From: an uncultured Pseudomonadota bacterium | GTDB lineage: Bacteria; Oederibacteriota; Muellerivitia; Muellerivitales; Muellerivitaceae | Direction of reading: 5' to 3' | DNA length: 64,000 nt | Assembly (NCBI GenBank): GCA_963843375.1 | Contig: CAWJKT010000004.1 | Span: forward strand, 32,001-96,000 | In this document: positions 29,477 to 40,123 of the stretch, one piece after another | Layout: each line of letters begins with the position of its first letter | How positions within the stretch are numbered: position 1 is the stretch's first letter | Position numbers and translations under genes: made by a program | Notes under the pieces: model-generated | The model's database searches: none | What the model saw: the letters and a program-made list of their open reading frames with translations, nothing else | Told to the model about the DNA's origin: nothing

Positions 29477-29917
29477 ACGCACGTGGGATCGCTAGTGGCA
29501 ACCGGGCGAGAACGGCCAACGGCGGAGCGTTTTGTAAAGCGGCAGCGGTAAGACAATTAGCGGCTCGAAGACGGCCACGGGAACTGCGGCGAACACGCCC
29601 TGCAATTGCGCCGGCGAGAGGTGACCGGCATGCGCAAATGCCTTGTGGCGAATTGTCACAAACTTCTGCTCGCCCTTCATGGCAGTTTCCACCAACTGCG
29701 CCAAAGCGGCATCGACGAAGGACGCCATCTGCGCGCCTTAATGCGCGAGGCCGACGGGCGCATCGCCGTGCAGATGGCTCTGCCGAGCGGGACCTATCTG
29801 GAATTCACGGGAACTCGCGGCGGATCAATAGTTATCTCAAACCATAAGGACTTTTCTAATTTGATACTAATCTGGCATTGTTATTGTTGCGAAAATTGAC
29901 GGTCACTGAGAGCCCTT

Positions 29918-30631
29918 ATGGACGCGAATCGCGCACTGAAATTCCTTGCAATTGTGCTGCTTGTACAATTTCCGTGTCTCGCGCAGGCACAATGGTCCGA
30001 TAGGTCAGCCAATTTCGCGTTCGCGGCAGGCTACAGCGGAACGGTGGGTAGCACCTCAACCTACCTTGACGGCGGTTTCGTGCTCGGTGGCGCAGTAGAG
30101 CTGTCGCCCGAGTTGCTGAATCCGTTTGTGTTCCGCTTCAATCTTAACTACAGCCAGTACAACGCGACCATCGGTTATCTCAATCAGGCGGCGCAGACAC
30201 TGAGTCAGGAGGTAGATTCTGGAACGGGAAGCGTCGTTTCCGGAACCGCCAATATCCTGTATCGCATCCCCATCGCGTATGGCATACGCGCCTATGGTCT
30301 TGCCGGCATTGGAGCGTATTACACGCGCATCGAGCTTGATCAGGCGTTACCGTTCAACGGCGGCTACGGTTGTGGTTATGGCTGTGGATACGGGTACGGA
30401 TATGGATACGGGTACGGCTACGGCTACGGCTACGGCTACGGATATGGATATGGTTATTCCGAGGCGCAGGTCGCGGCTCACGGCGTGACGAATTTCGGCT
30501 GGGACGCGGGAATTGGCGTGGAGTTCGCGCTTCCCGACCGTCGGTCCTGGTTCATTGAGGGGCGCTATGAGCACATCAACGCGCAGGGCCCGCTTTCCTA
30601 TGTGCCAATAGAGGTGGGCTTTCGCTTCTAA
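29918..30631 (+). CDS. Outer-membrane beta-barrel protein with Gly-Tyr repeat loop
   Basis: Signal peptide, amphipathic strands, terminal GFRF. Confidence 0.85.
   Translation: MDANRALKFLAIVLLVQFPCLAQAQWSDRSANFAFAAGYSGTVGSTSTYLDGGFVLGGAVELSPELLNPFVFRFNLNYSQYNATIGYLNQAAQTLSQEVDSGTGSVVSGTANILYRIPIAYGIRAYGLAGIGAYYTRIELDQALPFNGGYGCGYGCGYGYGYGYGYGYGYGYGYGYGYGYSEAQVAAHGVTNFGWDAGIGVEFALPDRRSWFIEGRYEHINAQGPLSYVPIEVGFRF
30361..30456 (+). repeat. 6-bp coding tandem repeat, (GY)n
   Basis: GGCTAC/GGATAT/GGTTAT units. Confidence 0.9.
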
Positions 30632-30636
30632 GAGCC

Positions 30637-32529
30637 GTGGCAAGCTCAGTGAGACTGCTGCTTTGCGCATGGCTGCTCCTTCTCGATGGCTGCGGAGGCT
30701 CGGGCACGCCGACACCTCCTCCCTCGGCCGCAGATAGCGGCAATAGCGTCCCGGTTCCGACGAGCATGGGCGCGATCACGATGGCGCCTCAGTACGCGGC
30801 CCTCGGCAATGCACAGCAGCAGCGCTTCATTGCCGCTGGGAGTGCCGGATCGGTGACCTGGTCAGTCAACGGGATCGCAGGTGGCAATGCCAATGTCGGG
30901 ACTATTGATGGCGCGGGCGTCTATGTCGCCCCCCAAATTGCGCAAAGCATCAATGTGGTAATACGGGTGGCGGCGTCCGCAACACCCCAGACCCAGTTCG
31001 CCACGGCCGTCGTTGCGCTGATCGCACCGGGCAAAGTTACGCAAACCGCCAATCCGCAGGTGGCGAATTTCCAGATTAATTTGCCCCAGGCCGGCACGGT
31101 GACGGTCCAGTTCGGCACTGATACCACCTACGGCCTTAAGACCTGGGCACAAGGAACCGACGCCGCCAGCGCTCAGGGAGGTCCGGTTGCAATCCAGGTC
31201 GCCGGCATGCGGGGCAGTACCAGCTACCATCTGCAGGGCATTGTTGCATTGGCAAATGGCGCGACCTATCAGGATGCGGATCAAACCTTCACAACCGGCA
31301 CGCCGATTCCAACACCCTCTCTGACGATCACGAATCCAAACAATCTGCGGCCGCAGGCAGGCGTTGAGCTTTTCGATGCCGTGCTATTCGGTTCGACGCA
31401 CTACGATCCGTCCCTGGCACAGGCTTTTGTGACTGACCTGCAGGGCAATGTGCTGTGGACCTATCGGTACCAGGGCACCCCGGCAAATGTCATCACACCT
31501 ATCAAGCTTCTTCCCAACGGCCACTTCCTTCTGAACTTGACTGTAACGACGCCCGCGAATGGTCCCGCGATCCCCGCAGGAACCTTGAATGAGCTGCGGG
31601 AAGTGGATCTAGCGGGCACGACCATCCGCGAGCTGACAGTCGGTGCATTCAACCAATCGTTGGCTGCTGCGGGCTTCACGGGCATTCAGCTCTTTGCATT
31701 CAGCCATGACGTACTCGCGCTGCCGAACGGTCATTACGTGCTGCTGGCAGCCGTGGCAAGAGAGGTCAGTGGGGTGGTGGGATACTCCGGTACCGTCAAT
31801 GTCGCCGGGGATGTGATCATCGACGTTGACAGCAACTTCAAGCCCGACTGGGTCTGGAGCACCTTTGACCACCTGGACATCAACCGCCATCCGTTCCAGT
31901 TTCCGGATTGGACTCACAGCGACGCCATGCTGTACTCCCCGGATGACCACGCGCTGCTGCTGTCGGTTCGGAATCAGAACTGGATCATCAAGATTGATTT
32001 CCAGGACGCCACGGGATCGGGCAATGTGCTGTGGAGACTGGGTGAGGGTGGAGATTTCCAGCTGATGGGCGGCACGGATCCCACGGACTGGTTCTATGCT
32101 CAGCACGGAATCAATTTCTTCAGTATCAACTCCAGCGGTGTTTTCGACCTGGGGGTGTTGGATGACGGGGACGATCGGCAGTATCTGGCCGGCGCATCGT
32201 GTGCCGGGTCATCTCAGCCGCAATGTCTGTACTCGACGGGGGAGGTCTTGAGCATCGATGAATCGGCCATGACGGCAACTTTGGTCCATCAATATCTTGC
32301 CCCCGCGAGCCTATACAGCTTTTTCGGAGGAGATGTCACAGCGCTGGCCAACAGTGATGCTGAAGTGGATTTTGCTTCGCCCGTTGCCGGCGCGCTCATT
32401 CAAGAAATCCAGTTCGGCACATCCGTTCATGAAACTGCTCCGACCGTTGTCTGGCAAGCTACGACCCCAGGCGTGGACGTGTATCGCTCACAGCGTCTGC
32501 CGAGCCTGTACCCGGGTGTCCAATGGTGA
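30637..32529 (+). CDS. Aryl-sulfate sulfotransferase (ASST)-like lipoprotein with Ig-like N-terminus
   Basis: Lipobox-like LDGC, FSHD, DWTHSDA, LSVRNQ, FYAQHG. Confidence 0.75.
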   Translation: MASSVRLLLCAWLLLLDGCGGSGTPTPPPSAADSGNSVPVPTSMGAITMAPQYAALGNAQQQRFIAAGSAGSVTWSVNGIAGGNANVGTIDGAGVYVAPQIAQSINVVIRVAASATPQTQFATAVVALIAPGKVTQTANPQVANFQINLPQAGTVTVQFGTDTTYGLKTWAQGTDAASAQGGPVAIQVAGMRGSTSYHLQGIVALANGATYQDADQTFTTGTPIPTPSLTITNPNNLRPQAGVELFDAVLFGSTHYDPSLAQAFVTDLQGNVLWTYRYQGTPANVITPIKLLPNGHFLLNLTVTTPANGPAIPAGTLNELREVDLAGTTIRELTVGAFNQSLAAAGFTGIQLFAFSHDVLALPNGHYVLLAAVAREVSGVVGYSGTVNVAGDVIIDVDSNFKPDWVWSTFDHLDINRHPFQFPDWTHSDAMLYSPDDHALLLSVRNQNWIIKIDFQDATGSGNVLWRLGEGGDFQLMGGTDPTDWFYAQHGINFFSINSSGVFDLGVLDDGDDRQYLAGASCAGSSQPQCLYSTGEVLSIDESAMTATLVHQYLAPASLYSFFGGDVTALANSDAEVDFASPVAGALIQEIQFGTSVHETAPTVVWQATTPGVDVYRSQRLPSLYPGVQW

Positions 32530-32609
32530 GGGTGTCCATTCGTGTTCCAGCCCGCGCGTATAGACCGCGGCGTCCCTGAATTGATCGCATCAGTCCTGCG
32601 CCGCGCGCC

Positions 32610-32872
32610 AACGTGATCCGGCGATTTTCAAGAAGCTGGAAGAATTTTGTTCGCCGCTACCGGTTGTTGGCGCACGGCTGGGCTGTGTACGACAATTCAG
32701 GCGGCCGCCCGCGGTTGCTGCAGAGAAGTCCATGAAAGCGAAAGCGCGAGCTAAGACGAGTCGACCGTAGAGCTTCACCGCTGGTAATGGACGGCATTGC
32801 GGCGTGCCGCGAAAGATGCGCGCAAGAATGCTCCTATGTGCGGCACAGCCCTTTTGCGTTTTGGCAGAACGG
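32610..32872 (+). pseudogene. Remnant: 3' end of a zeta-toxin-like ATPase plus decayed copy of the 54-aa ORF, interrupted by IS
   Basis: VIRRFSRSWKNFVRRYRLLAHGWAVYDNSG; DNA similarity to 23680-23844. Confidence 0.55.
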
Positions 32873-34317
32873 GCTGATGTCCCATTCCGTGGTGTACGAG
32901 TGAGTGGCTAAGGAGCGCTGAACGAAGTGAGGGCCGGAGGCCCGAACGGAGTTCAGCGCCGGCGGCCAGCCGGCTGCCCCCCCGAAGGGGGCGGCCATCG
33001 TGATTTTCCGGTTAAGGTTGGGGTTACCACACCTTTCAACGTCGACCGAGGACACCACGATGACCACCAAGAGCAATATCGCACTCGCCGAGCTCACCGA
33101 AAAGGGTGCAGATGCGGATCTGCTGCGGGACATGATCCAGTTCGTCGCCCAGCGGATGATGGAGATGGACACGCAGAGCCTGTGCACCGCGGCGTACGGG
33201 GAACGCAGCCCGGAGCGGTCCAACAGCCGCAACGGCTACCGGGAGCGGCTGTGGGAGACACGCGCCGGATCTGTGGACCTGAAGATCCCTAAGCTGCGCA
33301 AAGGCAGCTATTTCCCCGGCTTTCTGGAGCCCCGCCGGACGGCTGAGAAGGCTCTGACCGCCGTCGTGCAGGAAGCCTACATCCAAGGCGTATCGACCCG
33401 CTCGGTGGACGAGCTGGTGAAGGCGATGGGCATGAGCGGGATCTCCAAGAGCCAGGTCTCGCGCCTGTGCGAGGAGATCGACGAGCGGGTGCATGCTTTC
33501 CTGGGCCGCCCGATCGAGGGGGACTGGCCGTACCTGTGGATCGATGCCACCTACATCAAGGTACGGGAGGCTGGGAGGATCGTCTCGGTGGCCGTAATAA
33601 TCGCCGTTGCCGTGAACACCGATGGGGTCCGCGAGGTGCTGGGCATGGCCATCGGTCCCTCGGAGGCGGAGCCGTTCTGGACCGCGTTCCTGCGCTCCCT
33701 CACGCGCCGGGGACTGCGCGGGGTGAAGCTGGTGATATCGGATGCCCACGAGGGCCTCAAAGCTGCCGCCGCCAAGGTGCTTAAGGCCACTTGGCAGCGC
33801 TGCAAGGTTCACTTCCTGCGAAACGCCCTGGCGCATGCCGGCAAGGGCCAGCGGCAGATGGTGCTGGCGATGATCAACACCGTCTTTGCCCAAGAAACCC
33901 ATGAGGCGGCAATCACCCAATGGCGTACCGTGGCCGATCAGCTGCGCGCGAAGTTCCCGAAACTCGCCAAGCTGATGGATGGCGCGGAGTCCGATGTCCT
34001 CGCCTATATGGGCTTCCCGAAGGCGCACACCAAGCAGATCCACTCGACCAATCCGCTGGAGAGGCTCAACGCCGAGATAAAACGGCGTACAGATGTCGTG
34101 GGCATCTTCCCCAACGAGGCCGCCATCACACGGCTCGTCGGCGCCTTGCTCCTGGAGCAGAGCGACGAGTGGGCGCTGCAGCGTCGCTACATGCAACTTG
34201 AAGGCTTGCAAACCTTGACCGACAATCAATCCGCTCGGCTGTCCGCAGTGGTCAGCTGAGCACGAGTCCAACCTGACCAGGAATCACGACTCGTACACCA
34301 CGTCCAGGGACACGATC
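32873..34317 (+). mobile_element. IS256-family insertion sequence
   Basis: Imperfect 28-bp terminal IRs containing CGTGGTGTACGAG; 8-bp TSD CAGAACGG at 32865-32872 and 34318-34325. Confidence 0.95.
33060..34259 (+). CDS. IS256 transposase
   Basis: [45 protein letters not shown]. Confidence 0.97.
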   Translation: MTTKSNIALAELTEKGADADLLRDMIQFVAQRMMEMDTQSLCTAAYGERSPERSNSRNGYRERLWETRAGSVDLKIPKLRKGSYFPGFLEPRRTAEKALTAVVQEAYIQGVSTRSVDELVKAMGMSGISKSQVSRLCEEIDERVHAFLGRPIEGDWPYLWIDATYIKVREAGRIVSVAVIIAVAVNTDGVREVLGMAIGPSEAEPFWTAFLRSLTRRGLRGVKLVISDAHEGLKAAAAKVLKATWQRCKVHFLRNALAHAGKGQRQMVLAMINTVFAQETHEAAITQWRTVADQLRAKFPKLAKLMDGAESDVLAYMGFPKAHTKQIHSTNPLERLNAEIKRRTDVVGIFPNEAAITRLVGALLLEQSDEWALQRRYMQLEGLQTLTDNQSARLSAVVS

Positions 34318-34381
34318 CAGAACGGTAAAGTGGCCGCCAAGAAACCACGAGGACGACCCCCATCTTTCACAGATAGATCGC

Positions 34382-34406
34382 TGGGACAATCTGGGACAGC
34401 CAGCCA
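34382..34406 (+). repeat. Truncated junction repeat (arm pair only)
   Basis: TGGGACAATCTGGGACAGCCAGCCA without TGAC boxes or tRNA core. Confidence 0.85.
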
Positions 34407-34458
34407 CACAACCCCAGGCGGCGCGAATCCATCACGGCAGCCGCAAAGGAAGATCACC

Positions 34459-34806
34459 GTGATTCGGACGCCAGTACCGGCATGGATCCGTAGCGAGTTG
34501 CGCCGAAACTTCGCGCGGGTTTCACTCGCTGGTCGCTGGGCTGCCAGCCAAGAACCCAGAGCGGGCAGCGCACGCTACCAGTCTCGAATACGCGCCCTTG
34601 AGGTCGGGCTCACGAGCGCAGTGACGCTGAAAATTCCAATCCAGCTCATTGCGGAACTCAAGCATGCTAGCCCCCGCGAAATCCGGGCCGTTGAGGTCCT
34701 TGGCCGCGCAGGCGGACTTCACCGGGAACGTTTGAATGTCGATTTGAGCGTCCCAGGGCTCGTTGCCAGTGTTCTGCAACTCGGACAGTTGACCGGCCAC
34801 GACTAG
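34459..34806 (+). CDS. Orphan DUF2442-family protein
   Basis: Close paralog of 21120-21530 (IRTPVP.WI..EL.RNFAR). Confidence 0.7.
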   Translation: MIRTPVPAWIRSELRRNFARVSLAGRWAASQEPRAGSARYQSRIRALEVGLTSAVTLKIPIQLIAELKHASPREIRAVEVLGRAGGLHRERLNVDLSVPGLVASVLQLGQLTGHD

Positions 34807-35138
34807 GGACCAATCGCTCAAGCGCTAAAAACACGACAATGAGCCGCGGTTGATCACCGCCGCCATCCCCGCCGGCCACGTTTCGCCGAACCAGCCAGGG
34901 CAATCTCGCGGCCAAAATACTACCGAGTTTTTCAACGAAATAGGTCAGGACCGCCATCTCAGGGGAGATCTTCCCGACTGGCGGCTTTCGGGAGCCGGAT
35001 CCGGCGCTTCCGGCCACTACCGGTCAGTGCCGGCCGGCGACTCTCCGTCATAGAGCGGTTATTCCCAATGAGGTCGCGGCATTCGCTATCATTTCATGTT
35101 GTTGTATCCGCCTGAGGAACTCCGCGCCGGAGGCGCAA

Positions 35139-36775
35139 GTGCACGGGAAACATCTCATCGCAGCTGTCCTATTGATGTTGACTGCGGCGCGTGGCGTGAC
35201 GCAAGAGCATGAGCATGGGAATGGCGAGAAGCTGGGGGAGGTTCATTTCGCCACATCGTGCATCGAACCGGCGCAGAACGATTTTAATCGCGCCGTAGGC
35301 CTGCTCCATTCTTTCCAGTTCAGCCGTGCCATCGACGGATTCAACGCCGTTCTCCGAAAAGATCCTACGTGCGCAATTGCGTACTGGGGAATCGCTCTAA
35401 GCGATTGGAGCAATCCATTCGCACCGGGACAAAAAGACAAGGGTCAGTTGCAACTCGGGCGGCAGAGCGCCGAACGAGGCAAGGAGTTGGGCGCAAAGAC
35501 AGACCGCGAACGCGCCTATCTCGCGGCAGTCGGCAAGCTGTACGGCAACTTTGAAAGCACACCGCAGCAAGCGCGCCTGCTCGCCTATCGCGATGCCATG
35601 GGAGACCTTGCCGGCAAAATATCCGCAAGACCCCGAAGCGCAGATTTTCTACGCATTGGCGCTCGCGGTCGCGGAGGATCCCGGCGACAAGACCTACGCA
35701 GACCGCCTCAAGGCGGGAGCAATTCTTGAGAAATTGTTTGCACAGCAGCCAACGCATCCCGGACTCGCGCATTACTTGATCCATGCCTACGACGTGCCGG
35801 CCTTGGCGGGGCGTGCGCTGGTTGCGGCGCAGCGCTACGCGGAAATTGCACCCGATGCGCCTCACGCGCTGCACATGCCCTCGCACACATTTACCCGCCT
35901 GGGTTACTGGCAGGAGTCGATTGACAGCAACGTGGCGGCGGCGGCGGCCGCGCGGCGCCAGGGACAAACGGCCGAAGAGCTGCATGCCAGCGACTACGAG
36001 ACTTATGCCTACTTGCAAACAGGGCAGGACGAGGCGGCAGCCCGGATTGTAAGTGGCCTGCCGGAAATGGCAGCACGCTTCGATCCAAAGGCGTTGCTGA
36101 TCGGCGCCGGCCCACCCTCGGCCGGCTATTTTGCGCTCGCGGCAATCCCGGCACGATACGCCTTGGAGCGCCAGCGACTGGCAGCAGGCTGAGCGGCTGG
36201 CGCTAGTCGCGAGACGCCGTTTCCGTACGCCGATGCGATCACATGGTTCGCCCGAGGATTGGGCGCGGCGCGATTGGGACACGCTGCGGCGGCAAACAAA
36301 GCAGCGGCAGCGCTGAAGCAGATCCAGGAGCGCCTTTCGAAGGCCAACGAGCGTTACTGGGCGCAGCAGGTGGAAATTCAGGCCACTGCGGTCTCGGCAT
36401 GGACTGCGCTGACGGCGGGCAAGAACGAGGAAGCCGTGCGGCAGATGGAACTGGCAGCGGCATATGGAAGATGGGACGGAAAAAAGTGTGTTGACACCGG
36501 GTCCACTGTCCCCAGCGCGGGAACTGCTCGGCGAGATGTTGTTGGAGATGAATGAACCTGCTGAGGCATTGGTGCAATTTGAAGCAACGCTTAAGAAGGA
36601 GCCACGGCGCTTCCGATCATTATATGGAGCGGCGCACGCTGCGCAGCTCAGCGGGAGCAGAGATCTGAGTCAAAGATATTTTGGCGAACTGCTGACGGTT
36701 TGTGCGCACTCCGACAAGCCTGGAAGACCCGAGATCAAGGAAGCGCGTGAGGCGTTGGCGAAACAGAAGAGCTGA
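35139..36775 (+). CDS. Exported TPR-like protein (split over several frames)
   Basis: Continuous homologous segments: LLHSF, HPGLAHYLIH, HALHMPSHTF.RLG.W, RELLGEMLL. Confidence 0.75.
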
Positions 36776-36907
36776 CTCGACTGCTCGAAAGCGGCCGTTC
36801 CCGACCGTCAGCAACGAGTCACGACCGCCATCTCGGCGGAGCTTTCTCCGACTGACGGGTTTCCGGAGGTGAATCCGGCTCTTCCGACCAGAGGCAGTCT
36901 GTACCGC

Positions 36908-37077
36908 TGGGACAATCTGGGACAGTGCGGCCATGACGCCGAATGACAGCGAATTACATCGCGTGACGCTAAGTGACTGTTGCCCTTGGCCCTGCCCTCG
37001 CATATCGTTGATCTGTAAGGCGCTGACCACCGTTTCATACGGCAGGGCTCACAGGTTCAAGCCGTGTACGCCCACCA
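36908..37077 (+). repeat. Junction repeat A6 (core 37033-37077, decayed)
   Basis: Same structure; 3 substitutions and 1 deletion in the core. Confidence 0.95.
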
Positions 37078-37275
37078 TCGAATCCAAGACTTACGACAAA
37101 TCAGCTCCGGAAGTACGGCAAAAGTACGGCATGTTCGGTCCCAGACTGCCTTGGACAAGCATGGACGGGCCTCGACACGAGGTGGTTCGGCGTTATCGCA
37201 CGCTCAAGGCCTGGTCGGAAAAGAATCCGGACCTTGCCGGTCGCTGACGGACGGAAGCTAGCCCCGATTGCGGAT

Positions 37276-37968
37276 TCACGGCGTGTAGTAGGACATCGCG
37301 TAGCCGCGTTCCTGCGCGCGGTTCACGGTGACGATTCCGGCCGCCACCATGCGGCCGTTCGGAACCAGATGCGACTCGAATTCCTGGCGGACCCCCTCCG
37401 CGTCGTCCTTAGTCTGCGCGGCCACCATCGCAGCGATTCGCTGCGTCGCCGCCCCGCACACCGCGAAGTGCACGCCCTGGCCGGCCAGATCGGTCAGCGT
37501 GGCGTCGGCATTCGCGAGGCCGGGCCCGTAACCCTTCACGTCGTAAAGATTTCGAGTCGGGGCTTCCTGCGTCTTCGGGTCCGTGAACTTTGACATGTTC
37601 GACAGGATCTTGCCGTACTTCGACCAGATCGCGTCGTCGTATCCGAAAACCGTCGCCATGTGGCGCAGGATGATGATGATTGCGAGCTGCGATGATTCGA
37701 TTCCATAGGCGCTCTTGTTGACGCCGATGTAGTTCCGCGCAAAGAACAGCGCGTGCGCAGTACCGTCCGCGGACGTCGCATCGAACACCAGGCGGTGGCG
37801 ACTCGGCAGCTCCATCCAGTCGTCGTCCTTTTCGAACACCGGCTGCCAGCGCGCAGGCTTCGCGGACGCCTGTGTTGGCAGAACAGCCGCGCCGAGCACG
37901 ACGGCCCCGGTGCTAAGGGCAGCGACCACCCTGCGACGCCCGATCGCGCGCCGATCCACTTCCGTCAT
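37276..37968 (-). CDS. Tat-exported DsrE-like protein
   Basis: GRRRVV signal; VHFAVCG, VAAGIVTVNRAQERGY. Confidence 0.65.
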   Translation of the reverse strand: MTEVDRRAIGRRRVVAALSTGAVVLGAAVLPTQASAKPARWQPVFEKDDDWMELPSRHRLVFDATSADGTAHALFFARNYIGVNKSAYGIESSQLAIIIILRHMATVFGYDDAIWSKYGKILSNMSKFTDPKTQEAPTRNLYDVKGYGPGLANADATLTDLAGQGVHFAVCGAATQRIAAMVAAQTKDDAEGVRQEFESHLVPNGRMVAAGIVTVNRAQERGYAMSYYTP

Positions 37969-38023
37969 ATTCCTTCCTCCGTGCGGGGTGTTATGCGCAG
38001 TGTGTGCGAGCGGCGCGCGGAGA

Positions 38024-38464
38024 TCAATGCGCGGCACCGGGGCTCGCCGGGGACCGGACGCTCGCGAGGAGCCCCTGTACATACGCCCCGGCGAACATCC
38101 CCAGAATCGCGATCAGCAACGGCCAATTACCGACGCCCAGGCCCGCGATCGCCGGTCCCGGGCAGACGCCGCTCAGACCCCAGCCCACGCCGAACAGCGC
38201 CGCGCCACCCATCGTGCGTCTGGTCATCTCGGACGGATGCGTGCCGAATGCGCCGCCGAGCACGGGCCCCGCCAGGATTCGCGGCAGCACCCGATACGCG
38301 ATGGCGGTCACGACCACGGCGCCGCCGAGAACGAGGAGCAGGCCGAAGTCCTGAAACCGCAGGAACGAAAGCACGACCTCGGGCTTCACCATCGCCGAAT
38401 ACGCCAACCCGAAGCCGAACAGCACGCCGGTGAACAGCGCGACAATCACCGTGGAGGCCTTCAT
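38024..38464 (-). CDS. YeeE/YedE-family sulfur transporter subunit
   Basis: LFGVGWGLSGVCPGP. Confidence 0.85.
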   Translation of the reverse strand: MKASTVIVALFTGVLFGFGLAYSAMVKPEVVLSFLRFQDFGLLLVLGGAVVVTAIAYRVLPRILAGPVLGGAFGTHPSEMTRRTMGGAALFGVGWGLSGVCPGPAIAGLGVGNWPLLIAILGMFAGAYVQGLLASVRSPASPGAAH

Positions 38465-38937
38465 CACGCACCCCCGAAAGCGGCGACGAGCTGCGCCGTG
38501 ACGATCGCGGTCACGAGGAAGATCACGACCGCGAGAATCGACGGCATCTGGAACGAGCCGACACCGCAGATGCCGTGCCCCGACGTGCAGCCGTTGCTCA
38601 TCCGTGCACCGAAGCCCGCGATGAACCCGCCAACTGCCAGTCGCCACCAGGGTACCTGCGTCTGGAACGTCGTGCCATGGGCGGCCGTAAGCAGGAACAG
38701 TGCACCGCCGAGCACGAGGCCGATGGAGAGCGCGAGCCGCCAGCCGCGGCTCGACACGAATCGATCCTGCCGGAAGAATGCAAGCCGTGATACGAACGAC
38801 CAGGTCGAACTGAAAACCGTACTCATGCCGGGCACGAGCCCGGACATCGCGAACGCGAAGCTCACGGCCACACCCATCAGAAGCCCACCGACGAGGTAGG
38901 TCTCGATACCGTTCGGGAAGAACTGCTGCATGGTCAT
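38464..38937 (-). CDS. YeeE/YedE-family sulfur transporter subunit
   Basis: GFGARMSNGCTSGHGICG. Confidence 0.88.
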   Translation of the reverse strand: MTMQQFFPNGIETYLVGGLLMGVAVSFAFAMSGLVPGMSTVFSSTWSFVSRLAFFRQDRFVSSRGWRLALSIGLVLGGALFLLTAAHGTTFQTQVPWWRLAVGGFIAGFGARMSNGCTSGHGICGVGSFQMPSILAVVIFLVTAIVTAQLVAAFGGA

Positions 38938-39222
38938 TTACCCCGTGAGCGGAGTCGTCGCTCGCCGTCTTCAGTGGACTGTAACATCTAACCCGGGAGT
39001 ATGATTGTGCGCATGAGCAGCACGATCAAACTGTCTGAGGTGGAGCGCGCGGAGCTATTAATTCAGTCATTTGCGTGGGCCGTGATGGGGCGATTGATGC
39101 CGACCTGCGGCAGCATGTGAGCCCTCAGTGTGTCACTGGACGGGCTACGGCTATGCAAACCCTGGGTCGGCTTGCATACACTGCGAAGTTCAGAACCTCT
39201 ATTCCGCACAGGAGCGATACGA

Positions 39223-40086
39223 ATGGTGCAGCGACCGACGACCGACAGCCTTCCGGCCGAGGAGTGGGCCGGTGAAATGGGCGAACGATGGCTAGCGCAC
39301 CTGCAACAGTTCGAGGGCATGATCGCTCCGATCGGGCGGGCACTGATCACCCGTGCCGGTTTTCGCCACGGCGAGCGGGTCGTCGACCTGGGATGCGGAG
39401 CCGGTGGCACGAGCCTCGATATTGCGCGTGAGATCGGCGCGCAGGGCGAGGTTCTGGGCATCGATATCTCATTGCGGCTGGTTGCAGCCGCGCAACAGCG
39501 GGCGCGGGCTGCACACGCTGGGAATGTGAGGTTCCAATGTGCCGATGCTGCGACCGTGCGGCTGGGGCCGCCCCTATTTGATCGACTGTTCTCGCGCTTC
39601 GGTCTGATGTTCTTTCCGGATCCAGCTACAGCCTTCAGGAATCTGCGCACGCTGGTTCGCCAAGGCGGACGCATGGATTTTTGCGTGTGGGCACCCGCGC
39701 GGGAGAATGGTTGGGTCGCGCAGATGATGGAGATCGTCGGGCGCTGTGTGCAGCTTCCAGCACCCGTCCCTCGGGCGCCCGGCCCGTTTGCGCTCGATGA
39801 TCCGACCTACGTCCGCGAGCTGCTGGAGCATGCCGGATTTGCGGCGATGACATTTGATACGTGGACGGGGGACCAGTTGGTCGCCGGTGCGGGCGCAAGC
39901 CCTCGAGAGGCAACGGATTTCGTGTTCAACGCAATGTCCTTTGGAAGGCTGCTCGAGGCATCGTCGCCGACGGTTCGGGAAGGTGTGCAAACCGAGCTAA
40001 CAGAGCTGTTCGAAAGGCGGCACGGAGTTGACGGCGTACGGATGCCGGGTAAGGCCTACCTGGTGAGCGCGATGGCAGGAGGATGA
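39223..40086 (+). CDS. Class I SAM methyltransferase
   Basis: VVDLGCGAG, FSRFGLMFFPDP. Confidence 0.88.
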   Translation: MVQRPTTDSLPAEEWAGEMGERWLAHLQQFEGMIAPIGRALITRAGFRHGERVVDLGCGAGGTSLDIAREIGAQGEVLGIDISLRLVAAAQQRARAAHAGNVRFQCADAATVRLGPPLFDRLFSRFGLMFFPDPATAFRNLRTLVRQGGRMDFCVWAPARENGWVAQMMEIVGRCVQLPAPVPRAPGPFALDDPTYVRELLEHAGFAAMTFDTWTGDQLVAGAGASPREATDFVFNAMSFGRLLEASSPTVREGVQTELTELFERRHGVDGVRMPGKAYLVSAMAGG

Positions 40087-40123
40087 TCCGCATCGCCGGT
40101 GCGGGTCCAGTCCACTGACCCCG

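Noticed and set aside
25191..32593. 18-bp near-repeat CTGAAYTGATCGCATCAG at 25191 and 32576
   Set aside because: Only two copies; too short to assign a role, though both lie near module boundaries.
33036..34271. 411-aa antisense ORF
   Set aside because: Shadow of the IS256 transposase in high-GC DNA.
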